A stretch of 64,000 nucleotides of DNA from Nitrospirae bacterium UBA2233. Lineage in GTDB: Bacteria > UBA2233. A program made the translations under genes and the position numbers. Positions 27,909 through 37,974 of this stretch are shown piece by piece. Within the stretch, counting starts at the first letter, position 1. Each line of letters opens with the position of its first letter. The stretch is from NCBI GenBank assembly GCA_002347965.1, contig DDYN01000057.1, positions 11,365 through 75,364 of the forward strand, given 5' to 3'. The notes below the pieces were generated by a model that saw only the letters and a list, made by a program, of their open reading frames with translations, searched no databases and was not told the DNA's origin.

Positions 27909-28673
27909 CTACCGCACCAGGTTCCGTCTTTCGAACGTTATACAGGCAAGCAGCACGAAAACGGCCGACCACAGCGCAAGGTACAAAAGGCTCAAAAGCC
28001 ATACTGGACATGGAACGCCTAAAACCACCACAGCTTCCAGGTCCGCGGCCACGATGCCAAAATTGGGAAGAGCCCTGTACAAAGCAGGAACGACGGCGCG
28101 CATCCAGCCTATTTCAATGAACCTAGCGCTCGTGGCGGCGGGCTCAAGGCCCGTTGCGATAAGCCAAACGAACACGGTGAGCATGACAGACAGCGTGGGC
28201 GTGCTGAACGTGCCGAGGGCGAGCGCAAGGCTTCCCAAAACGCCTAGCTTTCCTACGTCGATCAGGGCGCCCAAAAAGAAAGCGGCATTCAGCGTTCCTT
28301 GGTAAACAAGCCCGTAGACGAGCGCGAACGGGATGAGCAGCCCTAATACCAAGAGGGCACCCACGAGCAGCAGGCCGAAGAATTTGCCCGTCACGAACCC
28401 GGAGCGGCTCAAGGGTTTGGCGAGCAAAAGGTATGCTGAGCCGCGCTCGAGCTCTTTTGGGACCATGCTTGCCCCAAACAGGATGGCCGTGAAGCAGCCA
28501 AACAGGTACATGCTTGCTTGGCCCGCGTCGTAGACGAACCGCTTTGGGTCGTAGAGCGCGCTGGTGCCAAACAGCACCCCCACCCCGATCAGCACGAGCG
28601 CAACTAGCGCGATCGCGTAGAAGAGCTTTTGCCGGATGATCTCTTTAGCCGTAACGAGCGCGAGCCTAGGCAT
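27909..28673 (-). CDS. ABC-2 family transporter permease (PilI-like position in the pil cluster)
   Basis: Six-TM ABC-2 type permease pattern, adjacent to the ABC ATPase. Confidence 0.6.
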   Translation of the reverse strand: MPRLALVTAKEIIRQKLFYAIALVALVLIGVGVLFGTSALYDPKRFVYDAGQASMYLFGCFTAILFGASMVPKELERGSAYLLLAKPLSRSGFVTGKFFGLLLVGALLVLGLLIPFALVYGLVYQGTLNAAFFLGALIDVGKLGVLGSLALALGTFSTPTLSVMLTVFVWLIATGLEPAATSARFIEIGWMRAVVPALYRALPNFGIVAADLEAVVVLGVPCPVWLLSLLYLALWSAVFVLLACITFERRNLVR

Positions 28674-29595
28674 GATTCAAAAACCGATCGACGAGAAGCT
28701 CTTCCAAAGACGGCCGGATGGGCTCCAGAGTTTCGATCGCACCGCCCATTTGGGTGAGCCGATTGATTGTCTCGCCAAGCAAGCCTTTTGGGACTTCGAG
28801 CGCCCAGCCCCCTTCTTGGGCCTCCAGAACCCGGACATCGGCTCCGAGGCCGTTGGGTGCAAGCTGGCCCAACCCTTTCAAGATGTAGCCGCGCGTGCTC
28901 TCGTCGAGGAAAGCCTTGGGGGAAAACTCGGAAATATTTTTTCCCTTGTCGATCAACACAAGTGCGTCGCAGGACTCCTCGATGTCGGGGATGATATGGG
29001 TCGAAAAGACGAGCGTTCTCCCCTCACTCTTGAGTTCGGCCATCAGGTTGCGCACAACCCCACGCCCGATGGGGTCGAGCCCGCTCATCGGCTCGTCCCA
29101 GATGAGCAGCTCCGGTGTACCCATTAGCGAAAACCCGAGCGCAAGCCGCTGCTGCATGCCCTTGGAGTACCCTTTGACTTCCCTTGTTTCGTGCCCCAAA
29201 AGGCCAAGGCGTTCAATCAGCCTCATGGCCTGCGTTCGGGCCGTTATTTTGCCCAGCTTAAGCAGGCTTCCTGCCAGCATTAGCGTCTCCAGACCATTCA
29301 AATGCGGGTAAAGCCCCGGGTTTTCGGGGGTGTACCCAATTTTTCCGGACAGCACGGCCTCCTTGGGCAAGCCGCCCAAGATCGCGAGCGTACCCTTGGT
29401 TGGCTTCAAAAACCCGAGCATTGTCTTGATGAGCGTGCTCTTCCCCGCTCCGTTCGGCCCGATCAGGGCATACGTCTTGCCCTTTTCGAGCTCTAAATTC
29501 ATCCCTTGGAGCGCAAAGAGGCGCTTTCCCCAAAACCCGACCCGAAACCCCACCCAGAGTTTAGCGACGCGGATCGCTTCAAGCCCAGCTCTCAT
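28666..29595 (-). CDS. ABC transporter ATP-binding protein (PilH-like position)
   Basis: Walker A LIGPNGAGKSTLIKTM, signature and Walker B present. Confidence 0.8.
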   Translation of the reverse strand: MRAGLEAIRVAKLWVGFRVGFWGKRLFALQGMNLELEKGKTYALIGPNGAGKSTLIKTMLGFLKPTKGTLAILGGLPKEAVLSGKIGYTPENPGLYPHLNGLETLMLAGSLLKLGKITARTQAMRLIERLGLLGHETREVKGYSKGMQQRLALGFSLMGTPELLIWDEPMSGLDPIGRGVVRNLMAELKSEGRTLVFSTHIIPDIEESCDALVLIDKGKNISEFSPKAFLDESTRGYILKGLGQLAPNGLGADVRVLEAQEGGWALEVPKGLLGETINRLTQMGGAIETLEPIRPSLEELLVDRFLNHA

Positions 29596-30488
29596 GGGTT
29601 CTTTGTCCCGCCAAGCGGTGAAAGCCCAGGCCGCTTGAAGTGCTCTTTGGGCTTGAGCGGGGTTGCTCCCGAGGTCGTGAATACCAAGCCCGTTTTAGGG
29701 TCAATCCTGAATTGACCCCCAAACGGGTCTTTGGGAATCTCCTCGAGCAGTCCCGAGGCCGTCAATACTCCAAGGTTTTTTGGGGGCCTGCCGAAACGCG
29801 TCCTGTAGCGCTCTATTGCGCCCTGGAGCTCTTGAAAGGCCGCGGTGAGCACGATCTCTTTCCTTCGCTCTTCGATCTGAGGCCGAAAGTCCGCCAGGCT
29901 CTCAAGGCCCATGACGGAATCGAGGAAGCTAAGCCCTTCTTTAGGTCTACCCGAAAACGCGTAGAGTTTGGCCGTAAGCCTGGAAACGTATACAGGGCAT
30001 CCGGGCTTAAGCGCGGCCAACCCTAAATAATTGGCCGCCCTGCCGGCATCGCCCTCGTAGAAATAGGCAAGAAACCCCAAAAAAAACGGGAATTTCCAGC
30101 TTTCCGGCGCCAAGAACTGTCCCCTTAAAAAGAGCTTCCCGGCAAGCCTATCCTCGTTCATCCATGCAGACAACACCACGCCCATCGCCTCTAAAGGGAA
30201 CGCAAAGCTGGGGTCAACCTCGTTTACGGCAAGGGCAGCCCGGTAAAGGCCTTGCTTTTGAGGCACCGTTGCCTGCCGCACGTCGAGCCTCCCAAGGGCT
30301 TGAACCGTACGGATCCAGAGCGCGTCCGCGGCAAGAGGCTTAAGCCGTGTATCTAGCAACGACAAGGGGGGGGCGGAAAAGAAAAAGGAAGAATCGTGAG
30401 CCCTGGCGGCGCCCAGCGCCGCCAGGCGAGGTTGGAGCCCCCAGGCTGCCCCCCACAGCACCACCGCAAAGGCGAGGGCTTTTCCCAT
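29592..30488 (-). CDS. Secreted hypothetical protein, accessory to the ABC module (PilG-like position)
   Basis: Signal peptide, no recognisable domain. Called from synteny only. Confidence 0.35.
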   Translation of the reverse strand: MGKALAFAVVLWGAAWGLQPRLAALGAARAHDSSFFFSAPPLSLLDTRLKPLAADALWIRTVQALGRLDVRQATVPQKQGLYRAALAVNEVDPSFAFPLEAMGVVLSAWMNEDRLAGKLFLRGQFLAPESWKFPFFLGFLAYFYEGDAGRAANYLGLAALKPGCPVYVSRLTAKLYAFSGRPKEGLSFLDSVMGLESLADFRPQIEERRKEIVLTAAFQELQGAIERYRTRFGRPPKNLGVLTASGLLEEIPKDPFGGQFRIDPKTGLVFTTSGATPLKPKEHFKRPGLSPLGGTKNP

Positions 30489-30507
30489 TCCCTGCCGTGC
30501 CGTTAGG

Positions 30508-31119
30508 TTAATATTCGCTGTTGACCTTCAAAAAGTTCTTGCCTTCCGTGATGGTGCTGCCGGTAAAGGGGGAGGTGTCCTGAGTAGTCGTTGTCGTTCC
30601 AGTTGTTGGGTCCGTCGCCGTTGTCGACCCCGGGGCCGTCGTGGCGTAGACCCACTCGGAGTTGTTCGAATTGGCATCCAAATCGCCGGCCGCGGCGATG
30701 ATTACCTCCGTGTGCCTGGGGAAAGACAACCCTTGGAAAGAAACGTCCGGGCTGATCTGTGTTCCTGCAACGCCCATTTTTGCAATCTGGTAGGAGTAGT
30801 AGGTGGGGCCGCTGGGCACAAACCCCATCGCGGCAAATTTCTTCTGGCCGTCGGTGTCCATTTTCCAAGAGACGCGTGCGCCAAGCGGTACCGTGCTTAA
30901 AGATGGCGGGACAACAGGGTAGCCGTCGTTCTCCGAGCTCCACATGAGCGACATGTCGTAGATCGAGCCAAGGTTGATTTTGGCCTCGGACTCCTTGGCC
31001 TTGAGCGTGTAGTTCTTGTAAACCGGGTAGGCGATCGAGGCCAAAATCCCGATGATGGCGACCGCGATCATCAGCTCGATGAGCGTAAACCCGCCGTCCG
31101 AGCGCTTGTTCTTTTTCAT
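30508..31119 (-). CDS. pilA: Major type IV pilin PilA (prepilin, Thr-rich C-terminal tail)
   Basis: [32 protein letters not shown] class III leader. Start at 31119 with an AAGGAGAAG SD. C-terminal [25 protein letters not shown]. Confidence 0.8.
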   Translation of the reverse strand: MKKNKRSDGGFTLIELMIAVAIIGILASIAYPVYKNYTLKAKESEAKINLGSIYDMSLMWSSENDGYPVVPPSLSTVPLGARVSWKMDTDGQKKFAAMGFVPSGPTYYSYQIAKMGVAGTQISPDVSFQGLSFPRHTEVIIAAAGDLDANSNNSEWVYATTAPGSTTATDPTTGTTTTTQDTSPFTGSTITEGKNFLKVNSEY

Positions 31120-31369
31120 CGCAGCTTCTCCTTTGTTGCTGTTGCTGTTGGTAGCGGATGGTTCTGAAACTCGATTTTCTGACCTCCTAAGGAACATGCC
31201 TCCTCCTTTCAGTGCTTCGTCCGTCTCGGGCTGGGCTGAAAAGCCGCAGCTTATTGTTGTGGTTCTTCCTGGAAGACGCCGCTTGGTTTACGTCGGGCGC
31301 TTTGGGCAACGATCGTTTTTGGCGCGTTTAGTCTTTCATGGTCGAAGCCCTCTTTATGTTGACCGCTTC

Positions 31370-31645
31370 TCATGGCAGCAAAAATCCGTTCAAAACGAGC
31401 GGGTTTTGGGGCGCGTTGACATCCAAAAAAGGCGTAAGGAGCACGTCGTCAACGTAGTAAACGAACCACTCGAAAAAAGGGAGATAGCCCATGCTAGGGA
31501 TGAGCAGGTCGTTCAAGAACGTACTGAGGCCGGTGCCGATCAGGTTGATTGAATCCAACATGGAGCCTAAGCTTGCCTGTATGAGGCTGCCCGAAGCCCC
31601 GAGGACGTCTGTCGAGGCTTGGCCGGATGCCGTGAAAATCTCCAT
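31370..31645 (-). CDS. Small (91 aa) hydrophobic/aromatic-rich protein of unknown function, translationally coupled downstream of pilC
   Basis: ATG at 31645 preceded by AAGGAG at 5 nt spacing. Shares FLN-type motifs with the two peptides at 41.5 kb. Confidence 0.5.
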   Translation of the reverse strand: MEIFTASGQASTDVLGASGSLIQASLGSMLDSINLIGTGLSTFLNDLLIPSMGYLPFFEWFVYYVDDVLLTPFLDVNAPQNPLVLNGFLLP

Positions 31646-31660
31646 GCGTGCTCCTTTTTG

Positions 31661-32890
31661 TCAGCCTTGGATTTGATTCACCAATTCGCCCATCTTGAAA
31701 AGCGGCATGTACATAGAAATGAGTATGAACCCGATGATTCCGCCCATGCCCAAGAGTAGGGCGGGCTCCAAAAGGCTCAACATCGTCTCGATCGCGCTTT
31801 CTGTCTCGGACTCGTAGTAGGCGCTTACCTTTTGGAGCATTTGATCGAGCGTACCCGACATCTCGCCCGCAGCCACCATTTGAACGACCATTCCTGGAAA
31901 ATGCGGGTCCTTCCCCATCGAAGCGGCCATAGATTCACCTTGGCGTACGCTTTCGGCCACGCCCAGGATCGCGTCTTTTAGCGCGAGGTTGGAGATGGCC
32001 CGCGAGCTTGTCTCGAAGCAGCGCATGACGGGCAGGCCACAGGCCAAAAGCGTCCCGAACGTGTCGGCAAAGTGTGCCAGGCCGGATTTGTGCGCAACGG
32101 GCCCGATGGCCGGAAGTTTCAAGGCGAGCCTATGCCAAGCCCGCTTGATACGGGGCACTTTCATGAGCGCGTATGCCATAACGACAACCCAGACGAGCAC
32201 GGCCGCCGTGATGAACGCGTGGTCTCTTAGGGCATGGCTTGTTGCTAGCATGAACTTCGTGGTCGGGGGAAGGATCGTCACAAAGTCCTTGAACGTGGCC
32301 TCGAAGCTCGGGATTACCCAAAGGAGGAATAGCAGGATCACGCCCGAAGATAAGACGGCCAGCACGCTCGGGTAGACGATCGCCCCGCGGATCCTGCGCT
32401 TGATGGCGAGCGCCTTTTCGATGTGGGTGGCCAGCCTGCCCAGCACCCTGCCTAAAATACCAGAGCTCTCGCCCGCCTCTACGGTCCCCGCGTAGACCTC
32501 GTCGAACACTTTGGGGTGGGCTCCGAGCGCGTCATGGAGGCTCGCGCCTCCCTCGACCTCGGCGATGATGTCGGATAGGACCTTGGCGAAGTAAGGGTTG
32601 CGCTCTTCTTTCCTGAGCGTGCCAAGCGCGGTCAGAAGCGGCAATCCCGCCTCTATCATGGCCGCGAGCTGACGGGTGAAGGCAAGCAACTCTTTTGCCT
32701 TAACCCGTCCTTTCAAGAAGGGCACGCGAATCTCTCTTTTGAGGAGGCTTGGCTTTTTTTCCTTGAGCCCTACCAAAAGGAGGCGTTCGCTGTACATCCA
32801 GGCCTTGGCGGCCGCCTCGGAGCTTGCCTCGAGGGTTCCATGCTTGACCTCCCCCTCCTTCGTCCTTGCGGTGTAAGCGTATACCGGCAT
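31661..32890 (-). CDS. pilC: Type IV pilus inner-membrane platform protein PilC (GspF family)
   Basis: Two GspF repeats, 409 aa, between pilT and pilA. Confidence 0.85.
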   Translation of the reverse strand: MPVYAYTARTKEGEVKHGTLEASSEAAAKAWMYSERLLLVGLKEKKPSLLKREIRVPFLKGRVKAKELLAFTRQLAAMIEAGLPLLTALGTLRKEERNPYFAKVLSDIIAEVEGGASLHDALGAHPKVFDEVYAGTVEAGESSGILGRVLGRLATHIEKALAIKRRIRGAIVYPSVLAVLSSGVILLFLLWVIPSFEATFKDFVTILPPTTKFMLATSHALRDHAFITAAVLVWVVVMAYALMKVPRIKRAWHRLALKLPAIGPVAHKSGLAHFADTFGTLLACGLPVMRCFETSSRAISNLALKDAILGVAESVRQGESMAASMGKDPHFPGMVVQMVAAGEMSGTLDQMLQKVSAYYESETESAIETMLSLLEPALLLGMGGIIGFILISMYMPLFKMGELVNQIQG

Positions 32891-32910
32891 GGGCGCTTGT
32901 TCCTATTTTC

Positions 32911-34032
32911 TTAGGACGGCCGGCCCCGAAGAAGCGGGCCGTTGTTTTTCGTGTTCTTGAAAAGCTGGAGAGCCCGGTAGAATTCTTCCGCGTCGGAGGC
33001 CGCGTACAGTGCGTCCTCTTCGGATATTGTGCCCCTTGCGAACGCCTCGGCGAGCATTTGGCTCATCGTGACCATTCGGGTTTTTTCTTGGCCCATCTGC
33101 ATTTGGGAGTAGATCTGGTGGGCCTTGCCCTCCCGGATTAAGTTGCGGACGGCCGGAGTGGCTACGAGGAACTCGTAGACCATGACCCTGCCGCCTCCTA
33201 CCTTGGGCAGGAGCCTTTGGCAAAGGACGGCGTCCAAGACGAAGGAGAGCTGGATCCGCACCTGGGCTTGCTGGTGAGGCGGGAAGACGTCGATAACGCG
33301 GTTGATCGTCTGGACGGCCGAGTTGGTGTGCAGCGTCGAGAAGACCATGTGTCCCGTCTCGGCGATGTGCAGCGCGGCCTCGATGCTCTCCAAATCGCGC
33401 ATCTCGCCGATCAGCACGACGTCCGGGTCTTCGCGCAGCACGCTCCTTAACGCCCTCGGGAAGCTTACAGAGTCTTGGCCAATCTCGCGCTGGTTGACGA
33501 CGGAGCGCCTATGGCGGTGGAGGTACTCTATGGGGTCTTCGATCGTGACGATATGCGCCCTCTTGGCCTGATTGATGGCGTCGACCAGCGAAGCCAGCGT
33601 TGTCGACTTTCCTGACCCCGTCGGCCCGGCCACAAGGATAAACCCCTGGGGCTTTAGGGCCAGCTCCTCTAAGACTTGGGGCAGCCCAAGGGCGCGAAGC
33701 GGCCAAGGTTCGAACGGGATGAGCCGGATCGCCAGCGCAAGCGAGCCTCGTTGATGGTAAGCGTTGACACGAAACCTGCCGACGCCTTCAATCCCGAAGG
33801 AAAAATCGACCTCCATTTGAGTAGTGAGGGCCTCCCATTTGCCGGGGGCACTCACGATGTCCTTGGCGATAGCCTCGATTTGTTGGGGGGTCAAGGGGGC
33901 ATATCCTTCAAGCTCCACAAGTGCTCCGTCCACGCGGACCACCGGGGGTACGCCCACGGTCAGGTGAAGGTCGGAGCCTTTCTTGTCGGCGAGGACCTCT
34001 AGGAGGCTTCGTATCGCGATGTCCATGCTCAT
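32911..34032 (-). CDS. pilT: Twitching-motility retraction ATPase PilT
   Basis: MSMDIAIRSLLEVLADKKGSDLHL... Walker A GPTGSGKSTT, Asp box and His box. The ATG overlaps the pilB stop (ATGA). Confidence 0.9.
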   Translation of the reverse strand: MSMDIAIRSLLEVLADKKGSDLHLTVGVPPVVRVDGALVELEGYAPLTPQQIEAIAKDIVSAPGKWEALTTQMEVDFSFGIEGVGRFRVNAYHQRGSLALAIRLIPFEPWPLRALGLPQVLEELALKPQGFILVAGPTGSGKSTTLASLVDAINQAKRAHIVTIEDPIEYLHRHRRSVVNQREIGQDSVSFPRALRSVLREDPDVVLIGEMRDLESIEAALHIAETGHMVFSTLHTNSAVQTINRVIDVFPPHQQAQVRIQLSFVLDAVLCQRLLPKVGGGRVMVYEFLVATPAVRNLIREGKAHQIYSQMQMGQEKTRMVTMSQMLAEAFARGTISEEDALYAASDAEEFYRALQLFKNTKNNGPLLRGRPS

Positions 34033-35831
34033 CGGTCCGGCATGGTGGATGAGGCGACTTCTTCGATGCTCGTGACGCCCGCCTTGGCCTTTTCGAGCCC
34101 CATCTGCCTTAGCGTTCGCATTCCAAACCGCCTTGCCTCGCGCTTGACCTCCGCAATGGGCGCCCGGTCCAAGAACATTTCCCGGATCTCGTCGTTGACG
34201 GCGAGCACCTCGAAAATTCCTACCCTGCCCAAATACCCTGTGTTGAAGCACTTTGGGCAGCCTTTTGGGCCGAACAGGCTAAGGTCTGGAATATCCCTGG
34301 GGTCGAACCCCACCTGAATCAGCGCCTTGGGGGGAGGCTTGAGCGGAACCTTGCAATGGGGACATAGCTTTCTTAGGAGCCGCTGGGCCATCGTTAAAAC
34401 GACCGAAGAAGCGACCAGGTATGGCTCGACGTTCATGTTGGTCAGCCTTGCGAGCGCGGAAGGGGCGTCGTTGGTGTGCAACGTGGAAAGTATGAGATGG
34501 CCCGTGAGGGAGGCCTTTATGGCGATGTCGGCCGTTTCGAAGTCCCGGATTTCGCCCACAAGGATAATATCCGGGTCTTGGCGCAGGAACGAGCGTATCG
34601 CGGAGGCGAACGTGAGTTCGATCTCTTCGTGGACCTGCATTTGGTTGATTCCGGGCAAGTCGAACTCGATCGGGTCTTCGGCCGTCATGATGTTGACGGA
34701 TTCCTTGTTGAGCTCGATGAGCATGCTGTAGAGTGTCGTGGTTTTCCCCGAGCCCGTCGGGCCGGTTACGAGCACCATCCCTTGAGGGGCGTGGATCGCG
34801 CGCATCACGGAATAGAGCTCGTCTTGCTCCATGCCGAGCCTTCGGACATCGATCTGGAGGGCCGCCTTGTCGAGCAGCCGAAGGACCGCTTTTTCTCCGA
34901 AGAACGTCGGAATAACGCTCACGCGGATGTCGATAGTCCTGCCGTGGCCGAGCGCGTAGTGGATTCTCCCGTCCTGGGGGAGTCGCTTCTCCGCGATGTC
35001 GAGCTGGCTTAAGATCTTGATGCGCGAAACGACCGAACCCGCGATTGGCACGGGAAACGAGAACACCTTAACGAGCTTGCCGTCTAGTCTGTAGCGCACG
35101 CGGAACGTGTCCTCGAAGGGCTCGAAGTGGACATCCGAGGCCCCTGCGGCGATTGCTTTTCTCATCACGTAGTCGACAAGGTTGACGACCGCATCGTCCG
35201 TTTTTTGCTGGCCTACTGACCAAACCGCCGCGGCTGGCTTACGCTGGGATTCGCGCGCTTCCATGAGTGCCGTGTTGACGAAAATATCGAGGTTTGTGTC
35301 GTTCTCCTCGAACCGCCAGATACCCTTGGGTTCTGCGGTGAAACGCTCGCGGGTATAGTCCCTTAGCTGGATTGCCGGCTTGACGGCAGACTCTTGTTTG
35401 AGCGAGGGGTAGAGCGTTTCACGACAGGCCCGAACCTGGCCGAAGGTTGCCACGAGCGGACGAAAATGGTATTCAGTGGCGAACTCGAGGTCTTTTAGCG
35501 TACCGAGAGCCTCGATGTCGGCGACGAGCATCCAGACATCCCGGCCCTCTCTCTTGAGCGGGACGATGTAGGGGTTGTTCTTAATCAGCTCGGGAGGAAG
35601 CACGGTTGAAAGGGAAGCATCCGGGGTGAGGCTGCCTTGTTGTGCCCTTGGAACGTGGCTTATTTCGGCCAGAAACGCCGCAAGCTGCTCTTCGCTCGTT
35701 TCTTCCAGCATCAAGACGTGTTCCAAGAGGCTCCCGCCCTTGTGGCGCACCAGCCACTCGGCCTGGCTTACGGCAAGTTCCGAAGCAAGGCCCTTGGAGA
35801 TCAGCAAATGTCCCAAGTCTTTGGTTTGCAT
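34029..35831 (-). CDS. pilB: Type IV pilus extension ATPase PilB (GspE family, N-terminal GSPII_E_N domain, CxxC tetrad)
   Basis: GPTGSGKTTTLYSM Walker A, the CPHCK...CPKC zinc motif, 600 aa. Confidence 0.9.
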   Translation of the reverse strand: MQTKDLGHLLISKGLASELAVSQAEWLVRHKGGSLLEHVLMLEETSEEQLAAFLAEISHVPRAQQGSLTPDASLSTVLPPELIKNNPYIVPLKREGRDVWMLVADIEALGTLKDLEFATEYHFRPLVATFGQVRACRETLYPSLKQESAVKPAIQLRDYTRERFTAEPKGIWRFEENDTNLDIFVNTALMEARESQRKPAAAVWSVGQQKTDDAVVNLVDYVMRKAIAAGASDVHFEPFEDTFRVRYRLDGKLVKVFSFPVPIAGSVVSRIKILSQLDIAEKRLPQDGRIHYALGHGRTIDIRVSVIPTFFGEKAVLRLLDKAALQIDVRRLGMEQDELYSVMRAIHAPQGMVLVTGPTGSGKTTTLYSMLIELNKESVNIMTAEDPIEFDLPGINQMQVHEEIELTFASAIRSFLRQDPDIILVGEIRDFETADIAIKASLTGHLILSTLHTNDAPSALARLTNMNVEPYLVASSVVLTMAQRLLRKLCPHCKVPLKPPPKALIQVGFDPRDIPDLSLFGPKGCPKCFNTGYLGRVGIFEVLAVNDEIREMFLDRAPIAEVKREARRFGMRTLRQMGLEKAKAGVTSIEEVASSTMPDR

Positions 35832-35950
35832 CGAACGTGCGCAACCCTAACGTTCGTAATAGTATGAAATAAAGGGCAAAAGCTCAAAGGTGATTCATGT
35901 ATGAGCGTGGCACAAGCCCGGTGGAGGGTCAAGCAGTTTTCCTAGAGAGC

Positions 35951-36826
35951 CTATCTGACGCGCTTTTCGAGCGCTTCCAATAGGAGTCGATGATTTTTTT
36001 CGACCTTTTTTCCAAAAAACAGCCAGAAGGCCAAGAGCCCCTGGAACAGGAGCATGGGGAGGCCGTTTTGAATGCTCGCCCCGGCCCGCTTGGCCGCCTT
36101 GAGGAATGGGGTCAACGGGGGGTGATAGACCAAATCGACGGCCCGAACGGGACGGGGCGGGTTCATTGGAAAGCGGATGTCCAGCCTGCCTCCCCCCATT
36201 TCGGCCGAAGCGGTCTGGACGATCCAATCGAACCTCCCCACAAACTCGGGCTCAAGGAGCACGTCCAAGGGGTGGGCCTCGATGATCGTCGGGCCGAGGG
36301 CGCTCGCGGCCTCTTTGAGCATCCTGGCACGCTCGAGCGTTCGGTTGGCGATGACAAGGAGTCCTGGTCTTTGCCTTATGAGCCCGTAAGTGACCGCGCG
36401 GGCCGCCCCGCCGGCTCCAACGACCAAAATACGCGACCCCCCTATCGCCGCCCCTCCAAACCCGAAATCCAGCGCGGCCATGAACCCTTGGGCATCCGTG
36501 TTGTGGCCAAGATAGCCCCCGCCCACAAGCCGGACGACAGTGTTCACCGCCCCGATTGTACGGGCTTCATGGCTTAGGGCGTCCAGGTGCTCGAGCATGC
36601 GTTCTTTGTAAGGGACGGTTACGTTGAACCCATCGACCCCTAGCTCGTAGAGGCCCTCGACGGCCTTCGAGAAGCGCTCCGATGGAACTTCAAACGGGAC
36701 ATAGGAGCCTTTTTCGTGGGCAAGCTCCATGAAAAAGCCCTGCATCCACGGGGATAGCGACGCGGACACGGCGCTGCCCAAGATGCCAAGAAACCTGGGT
36801 GGAAGGGCGGGCTTTACTCGGGACAA
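35951..36826 (-). CDS. aroE: Shikimate dehydrogenase
   Basis: Rossmann GAGGAARAV and N-terminal shikimate-binding region. Confidence 0.8.
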   Translation of the reverse strand: MSRVKPALPPRFLGILGSAVSASLSPWMQGFFMELAHEKGSYVPFEVPSERFSKAVEGLYELGVDGFNVTVPYKERMLEHLDALSHEARTIGAVNTVVRLVGGGYLGHNTDAQGFMAALDFGFGGAAIGGSRILVVGAGGAARAVTYGLIRQRPGLLVIANRTLERARMLKEAASALGPTIIEAHPLDVLLEPEFVGRFDWIVQTASAEMGGGRLDIRFPMNPPRPVRAVDLVYHPPLTPFLKAAKRAGASIQNGLPMLLFQGLLAFWLFFGKKVEKNHRLLLEALEKRVR

Positions 36827-36843
36827 ACTTTATCGGCCTACCT

Positions 36844-37140
36844 TTAGGGTAAAACGTACCAAGCGCAAGGGAAATCCCACAGCCCGCCGCACGTGTGCCC
36901 GCCTGGCGGCGTCTGGGGGAGGGGGAGCGGACCCAACGAGGGCTCCTGCCCTTGCGGGGCGAAGAACGTGTAGCCCCCCGTTCCCTGAGGAAAGCCCGCG
37001 GGTTGGACCCCTGCGGGTCCGGCAGGCCTGGCCTGCGAGCCTCCCAACGCCTGCTGGGCATGAGCATGACTGAACCCAAGCGACACGAGCAACCCGCCCG
37101 CCGCGACCTTTAGAGCAAAACGCCTACCTTGCCGAGGCAT
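36844..37140 (-). CDS. Small secreted Gly/Pro-rich hypothetical protein
   Basis: Signal peptide MPRQGRRFALKVAAGGLLVSLGFSHAHAQQ. Overlaps an alternative-frame ORF; weak call. Confidence 0.3.
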   Translation of the reverse strand: MPRQGRRFALKVAAGGLLVSLGFSHAHAQQALGGSQARPAGPAGVQPAGFPQGTGGYTFFAPQGQEPSLGPLPLPQTPPGGHTCGGLWDFPCAWYVLP

Positions 37141-37822
37141 CCGAAGAATTGCCCTGCGCTGCCTGGAGCTGTTCTTTTTTCTTGCGCAGTTCCCGGGTTA
37201 AGACCCTGGCGCCTTCCATCGCGTTCTCCCAAACCAAGCTGCCGGCTTCGTCCGCATCCTTCTTGCGGAAGGCCTCTATAATCTTGGCGTGCGTCTTGAA
37301 CGTATCCCTACCGTCCTCGGTAAGCGAAATGGCAATGCGGTAGCGCCTGTATTGTCTAACGAGCTGCTCGTTGATCTGAACGATCTTGTCGTTTCCGCAG
37401 GCGTTGACAAAGACGGAGTGAAACTCGTTATGGGCCTTGAGGACGGCGGCGGAGTCCTCTTTGCCGGCCATGCGTTCGAGCTGCTCGTTGAGCTTCTCCA
37501 TTTTCTGAAGGTCCTTCTCCGTCAGCCTGTCCACGGCTTTCCTCGCGGCGTAGCTCTCCAGCAGCGCTTTTAGCTCGTAGAAATCCTCGACGTCTTTTTG
37601 GTCCCAGCTCGAGACGACGGCCCCCCTGTGTGGGTAGATGTCGATGAACCCCTCGGCCGCAAGCTCTCTGAAGGCTTCGCGCACGGGAGTACGCGAGATC
37701 TGGTATTGTTCGGCCATTTCTTCTTCGGTAAGCCGTTCGCCCGGCTTGAGCTGTCCCTTGACGATGGATTCCCTGATTGCCTCGACCACTCTTTCTCGTA
37801 GCGTCTTGTAAGCGCGCACCAT
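37124..37822 (-). CDS. GntR-family transcriptional regulator (FadR/FCD subfamily)
   Basis: N-terminal wHTH GERLTEEEMAEQYQISRTPVREAFRELAAEG plus a C-terminal FCD helical domain. Confidence 0.85.
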   Translation of the reverse strand: MVRAYKTLRERVVEAIRESIVKGQLKPGERLTEEEMAEQYQISRTPVREAFRELAAEGFIDIYPHRGAVVSSWDQKDVEDFYELKALLESYAARKAVDRLTEKDLQKMEKLNEQLERMAGKEDSAAVLKAHNEFHSVFVNACGNDKIVQINEQLVRQYRRYRIAISLTEDGRDTFKTHAKIIEAFRKKDADEAGSLVWENAMEGARVLTRELRKKKEQLQAAQGNSSDASAR

Positions 37823-37974
37823 ACCCCTCCTTGTTCAGAAGAGCCCCTTTAAAGCTCGGACTCCTTGACGGATAAATTTGATAGTGCACATTGTATCGTA
37901 TATATTGTTCCTTGCCAAGCCCCAGCATACGGATGGACTTTTTTGGAGGTGCCTTTTTCGAGCGGGATCCAAGG

